From a virus, in IMG/VR virus record IMGVR_UViG_3300014166_000001, positions 1-54,719 of that record: a stretch of DNA of 54,719 nt; one strand, given 5' to 3'. The number at the start of each line of letters is the position of its first letter. Position 1 is the stretch's first letter. The notes below the pieces were generated by a model. The model was not told the DNA's origin, searched no databases, and saw only the letters and a list, made by a program, of their open reading frames with translations. Position numbers and translations under genes: made by a program. Positions 51,003 to 54,719 of this stretch are shown here, piece after piece.

Positions 51003-51455
51003 TTACGGCGTGGGTGGTGGAGGCGGGGAAACTGACTGGAAAGTAGGGCTTTTACGTTGTGGGGTTCCAATAGCTTCATCAAGTGTCCACCCCTTTCTAA
51101 GTCGGTCGTGTATTCTTCTGGGACTGAATCCGAGGCGTTCGTTTAGAACACAGAGGCGTTCCTGTCTGCCATTGTGTTCCACGATCACATTGTCTCTCTT
51201 GTTCTTGTTTTGCTGCGCCCGACTGGACCACTTGCAGTTATCCGGTCCGTACGCACCATCGTTGTCCTTTCGGTCAATGGTGAAACCTGGAGGACACGGC
51301 CCCATATCGGAAATGAACAAGTCGAACGAGTCCCAACGAGAGCAAACACGAATCCCACGACCTCCGTAATTTTTAAAGTCGCGGCAATGGGGGTTATTGC
51401 AGCGTTTCCTCATGTCTTTCCAGCATGAATACTCGCGTGGGAACTTCTTCTTCAT
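51003..51455 (-). CDS. HNH-superfamily-like homing endonuclease, paralogue of 32495-32992
   Basis: YSCWKDMRKRCNNPHCRDFKNYGGRGIRVCSRW...TIDRKDNDGAYGPDNCKW. Confidence 0.7.
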   Translation of the reverse strand: MKKKFPREYSCWKDMRKRCNNPHCRDFKNYGGRGIRVCSRWDSFDLFISDMGPCPPGFTIDRKDNDGAYGPDNCKWSSRAQQNKNKRDNVIVEHNGRQERLCVLNERLGFSPRRIHDRLRKGWTLDEAIGTPQRKSPTFQSVSPPPPPTP

Positions 51456-51802
51456 GGCGTAGTGACTGGAGGGGGTGGAGGAGCCACAGGTGGAGTTAAT
51501 TGATCTAGGGCATCAAGCTTGTCGCTTACGACACTCACTCTCTGGACGATGCCATCCAGCAACGCCTGGTCCGATGGCGTAATCTGGCCCGCAGAATTCT
51601 GCAAGGCCGTGATCTGGTCCTCCAGGTTCTTCACGTCTCCCTGCAGGTCCGTGATGGCGGTGTCCTGCCGGGCGAAGAACTCCGTCAATTTGTCGTTAAA
51701 ATCCGATATAGCACTCACGGTTTTCCTTTCTATTTCTTCCACCCTACATTCAATCCTACGAAGGAGATTTAAGATCTTTTCTTCGTGGCTTTCGGATGGC
51801 AT
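51452..51802 (-). CDS. Coiled-coil protein with a Pro-rich tail
   Basis: ORF with an internal ATG (MPSESHEE). Confidence 0.45.
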   Translation of the reverse strand: MPSESHEEKILNLLRRIECRVEEIERKTVSAISDFNDKLTEFFARQDTAITDLQGDVKNLEDQITALQNSAGQITPSDQALLDGIVQRVSVVSDKLDALDQLTPPVAPPPPPVTTP

Positions 51803-51974
51803 AATGGTTTTGAAATTGGCCCCGGCGCGTTTAGATCGCCCGGAGCCCGACACAACAAACAAAGCTTGTCATGCACTACGATAATACCACAAAGCACATC
51901 CTCCCACAAGACGTAACTCCCAGAACCATCGCTAGATTTTGGAAGTACGTCATAAAAACTGAAACCGCCGCCGT

Positions 51975-52355
51975 TTAATCATCGGTCCAGCGGCCAATCG
52001 TGCGGAGTAAGGCTTCGGCGCGTTGTGAGGGGGTGGCGTGAACAATGAGTGCGGTTTTCATCCAGTCGCGTGGATTAAACCTCAACTTTCCATGAGTTGC
52101 GATTTCTAGTGACTTCAAATAAACGTAAGTTTGGTCGATGCTAAGTTTTTCCTCCGCCTCGTGAATAGCGTTGAGGTCGTTGAGGTAGTCGGGTAATCCT
52201 CCTTCGCCGAAACAATCAGGAACAATGAATCCATTTTCAACACCTCTTTGGTGCGACCAAATTGCGCCAGGAGAGAGCCATCTTTTGGTGTCAAACGGCG
52301 CACGCTTCCACCCGCAAAACTCCGCGAGTTTAATGCGCTGCCGTTCAGGTGTCAT
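51975..52355 (-). CDS. Hypothetical protein (N-terminus resembles the phage ABA-sandwich domain)
   Basis: RIKLAEFCGWK... pattern. ATGA-coupled to the upstream ORF. Confidence 0.4.
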   Translation of the reverse strand: MTPERQRIKLAEFCGWKRAPFDTKRWLSPGAIWSHQRGVENGFIVPDCFGEGGLPDYLNDLNAIHEAEEKLSIDQTYVYLKSLEIATHGKLRFNPRDWMKTALIVHATPSQRAEALLRTIGRWTDD

Positions 52356-52540
52356 ATGTGTTTCCAATTCTCCCGGCTTTGTCCACAATCCTCCCAATTA
52401 ACCCCCTCTGTTTTCAGTTCGTCCCAGAGGAACTTTGAGACTGAGGTGAACAGGAAACGTGCGGGGATATTTGCCGGTGGAATCTTTAGTGCAACCCACG
52501 GAACTTTCCTGGTCTTTGGTTTGTATCCGTGCAGGATCAT
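52352..52540 (-). CDS. Hypothetical small protein
   Basis: 62-aa ORF. Confidence 0.35.
   Translation of the reverse strand: MILHGYKPKTRKVPWVALKIPPANIPARFLFTSVSKFLWDELKTEGVNWEDCGQSRENWKHI
52374..52406. repeat. Copy 1 of a dispersed about 33-nt element (cggctttgtccacaatcctcccaattaaccccc)
   Basis: Matches 53434-53466 with a few differences. A 14-nt partial copy lies at 52553-52566. Confidence 0.85.
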
Positions 52541-52570
52541 TTTACCTTCTTCGCTTTGTCCACAATGTGT

Positions 52571-52984
52571 CTAATCGGATGACTGGATCGCCGCATGGAC
52601 AGCGGAATCGTGTAATGGACACGGAATTCGGTCGATGACTTCCTGTGCTATTTGGTTTCCAATGCTATTTCCACGCGATAAACCATTTCCAAGCACCGCC
52701 AATTTTTCCAACGCTTTGCGAGACTCCAAGCACCATTCAAGCAGTTCCTTCCCGGCACCGTTGGCGAGGACTCGTTCGCAAAGTTTCGAGAAATGACCCG
52801 CCTCGTTGTCCAGAAACTCAGGGGCTAATTCCATGGCCGACTCGACTACGTAACGCAAGGCTGCACACGTCGCTTTCAACTCTTGCGTTGCGTCGAGTTG
52901 GATCGCCTCAATTTCATCGACCGTGACTTCAACTATTCCCGTCGCTTTGCTGATTTCATCACGCCATTCGTTTGGTGTTTTCAT
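52571..52984 (-). CDS. Hypothetical protein
   Basis: ATG at 52984 forms an ATGA overlap with the GNAT-like gene stop. Confidence 0.45.
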   Translation of the reverse strand: MKTPNEWRDEISKATGIVEVTVDEIEAIQLDATQELKATCAALRYVVESAMELAPEFLDNEAGHFSKLCERVLANGAGKELLEWCLESRKALEKLAVLGNGLSRGNSIGNQIAQEVIDRIPCPLHDSAVHAAIQSSD

Positions 52985-53421
52985 GTTAATTCCCATTTTA
53001 GTTTTTGCTGTCCGTAAATCGGCTGCCACTCTCGTGGCCTTGATTCCCGGTGCCAGTGCTCAGCGTTCACCTCGCCAACCACCTTGAACCCGGCCCCACG
53101 CAATGATGAGCCCGACTCAGCTTGCATGGTGTAGGTGATTAGTTTAAGACCGCCCATAGCCACCCATGCCCGCCAGCAAGACCGGTAAAGCATAGAGCAA
53201 GCATTCTTTGGCGCACCGGAGACACAGAGGCGTGTTATCTCCGCAGTAAACCCGTTGTCAGCCATTCGCGCCACAGGTCGGCCAACGATGGCAACTCCGA
53301 CAAGCATACCTTCATGCTGAACCCCGATGCAGAAACGAGCCCCAACAACTGGATTGTTGTGACGGTGGAAGGACGCCACAAACTCGTTGGCCTCCGAGAT
53401 ATTGATCGGCTTCAGGTTCAC
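52981..53421 (-). CDS. GNAT-fold protein (XF1762-like family)
   Basis: ISEANEFVASFHRHNNPVVGARFCIGV...LVGVAIVGRPVAR...EITRLC pattern. GTG start. Confidence 0.6.
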   Translation of the reverse strand: MNLKPINISEANEFVASFHRHNNPVVGARFCIGVQHEGMLVGVAIVGRPVARMADNGFTAEITRLCVSGAPKNACSMLYRSCWRAWVAMGGLKLITYTMQAESGSSLRGAGFKVVGEVNAEHWHRESRPREWQPIYGQQKLKWELT

Positions 53422-53576
53422 TTCTTCACCTTTCGGCTGCGCTCCACAATCCTCCCAATAACCCCCATCGTGAGCGACACGTCACCAGCTACGGTTTTGC
53501 GTGCCAAGAAGCGAGGGAGTGCGCCAAGCTCGCGGGCGGTTAGCGCGATGCTGGATGTGCGGTGAGTGCGGTTCAT
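53418..53576 (-). CDS. Small ORF (52 aa; below the track cutoff)
   Basis: My own translation: MNRTHRTSSIALTARELGALPRFLARKTVAGDVSLTMGVIGRIVERSRKVKK. ATGA and GTGA overlaps with its neighbours. Confidence 0.35.
   Translation of the reverse strand: MNRTHRTSSIALTARELGALPRFLARKTVAGDVSLTMGVIGRIVERSRKVKK
53434..53466. repeat. Copy 2 of the dispersed about 33-nt element
   Basis: cggctgcgctccacaatcctcccaataaccccc. Confidence 0.85.
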
Positions 53577-54376
53577 GGCAATTGAATTCCACACTCAGGC
53601 CCGCATGAAAGATTCTCTTTCTTGCCTGACTTCTTGAATGGCCCAGGCGGAAGCTCATCAAGGAAGATGCGCTCGTGATGGTGAATCTCTACAAGACGGC
53701 AACCAATAGCCCTGGACTGCCGACAGCGTCTTTTGAACACTTCAGGGAAGTGGGTGCGCACCATGTCCCAATACCACGGGCTTGATGATTTCACGCATCC
53801 AGGGCAGTTGTTATTGTTGAATCCAAGGTCGTACATAACCGGCTGTTTAATTCCAGCCATACGTAATTCCGCTAGGCAATCTCGCTTTGTGAGTTCTAGT
53901 TTGACCAGAATCCACAGAAGATTCATGTCTGGGTTTCGAATAGTGAATATCGCCGCTCGCTCACGTTCTCCGTAAGTGAAGCCGAATACATGAGTGTCAT
54001 CAGGCCGGGCGAATTCGTGCCGTGGCAGCTTCTTTAACTCGGTGGTGCAGCGGGCGCCAGCAACACCAGACATATATCGTTTAAGTTCAAAAACATCGTC
54101 CACGGTCGCGTATTCCGGGTTTCGGATATAGACAATCGGCTGGCCAAACCAGCGTTCGCATTCAGCAGAGAATCTGTAATTGTCCTCGTGTTCGCTGGGC
54201 CGGGTGTCACAGTTGACTACGACAACTTCGCGGGACTTTCCGTAATAGCTGATGGTTTTCTTCGCAGCTACAGCGGACGGAGCCCCGCACGAGAACCAGC
54301 AAAGTATGCGCGGCTTATTCACGACTGCAATTCCATTGCGGTTAGCACGACTCTGCTCGGGTGGTGAATCGCTCAT
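53573..54376 (-). CDS. PAPS-reductase/PP-loop ATPase family protein
   Basis: ILCWFSCGAPSAVAA (degenerate SGGxDS PP-loop), CTTELKKLP. The start is 54376 or 54403. Confidence 0.65.
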   Translation of the reverse strand: MSDSPPEQSRANRNGIAVVNKPRILCWFSCGAPSAVAAKKTISYYGKSREVVVVNCDTRPSEHEDNYRFSAECERWFGQPIVYIRNPEYATVDDVFELKRYMSGVAGARCTTELKKLPRHEFARPDDTHVFGFTYGERERAAIFTIRNPDMNLLWILVKLELTKRDCLAELRMAGIKQPVMYDLGFNNNNCPGCVKSSSPWYWDMVRTHFPEVFKRRCRQSRAIGCRLVEIHHHERIFLDELPPGPFKKSGKKENLSCGPECGIQLP

Positions 54377-54719
54377 GGTTTGCCGCCTCACGGAGTCCCG
54401 CAATCCTACCCTTGCGTTCGCCAGCGGCTAAGGCTTGTTCCAGCTGTTTCTGCGCGGCGGTGAGTTGCTCTTTGAGCTTTTCGAGCAACCCGTCCCGCTC
54501 CGCCTCCACCTTAGTCAGCGCCTCCTCAAAGTTTGTGGCAATTTCGGACCAGTTTATGTCATCGCCTGCAACGATGCCTTCGAGTCGGGATATTTCATCA
54601 TCGATGGTCTGCGTCGCAAACCCTTGCGGGCTCAACTCGTCTTGAAGTCGCTTCAGCAACTCAATCGTCACCTTGAGCTCACCAACGTCCACCATGCCAC
54701 GCCGGGCGAGTTGATCGGA
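54342..54719 (-). CDS. 3' part of the wrap-around Zn-ribbon/coiled-coil gene (see 1-255)
   Basis: The ORF is open to the window end. 54597-54719 duplicates 1-123. Confidence 0.6.
   Translation of the reverse strand, partial: SDQLARRGMVDVGELKVTIELLKRLQDELSPQGFATQTIDDEISRLEGIVAGDDINWSEIATNFEEALTKVEAERDGLLEKLKEQLTAAQKQLEQALAAGERKGRIAGLREAANHERFTTRAESC
54597..54719. repeat. Terminal overlap, identical to 1-123
   Basis: Direct comparison. Confidence 0.95.

Overview
The window is a complete, circularly closed tailed-phage genome. Bases 1-123 are identical to 54597-54719, giving a unit length of 54,596 bp, and the cut point lies inside a gene. The gene content is podovirus-like.

Layout:
- Replication and recombination block (minus strand, about 50.1 kb through the origin to 5.0 kb): T7 gp4-style primase-helicase, RusA-like resolvase, wHTH replication-associated protein, PAPS-reductase-like protein and GNAT-like protein. 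A second early block (44.5-48.6 kb) carries an ERF annealase.
- Tail and ejection block (minus, 5.2-18.4 kb): fibre-like protein, gp12/nozzle-like protein, several low-complexity or Cys-rich proteins, and an 1830-aa protein with a HEMGH zincin motif.
- Head block (plus, 19.2-25.8 kb): large terminase, portal, ATP-grasp enzyme.
- C5 DNA methyltransferase (minus, 27.0-27.7 kb).
- Glycosyltransferase/methyltransferase island of about 7 kb (minus, 29.5-36.5 kb).
- Putative major capsid gene with downstream FN3 protein and envelope-targeted proteins (plus, 38.2-44.5 kb).

I did not recognise a DNA polymerase, RNA polymerase, integrase, endolysin, tRNA, CRISPR array or reverse transcriptase.

Most notable observations:
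1. The self-contained glycosylation/methylation island inside the structural region. This is my best candidate for an undescribed system.
2. Ten homing-endonuclease-type genes, roughly a tenth of the genome, several seamlessly coupled into operons.
3. A GIY-YIG gene whose C-terminus duplicates the C-terminus of the methyltransferase it abuts.
4. A 20-copy 12-bp tandem repeat encoding xSVx tetrapeptides.
5. An in-frame TAA splitting a repeat array.
6. A LuxR-HTH fused to a lipoprotein signal.
7. A 575-bp G/T-rich non-coding region.

All functional calls come from motif recognition by eye. No searches were run, and the host is unknown.
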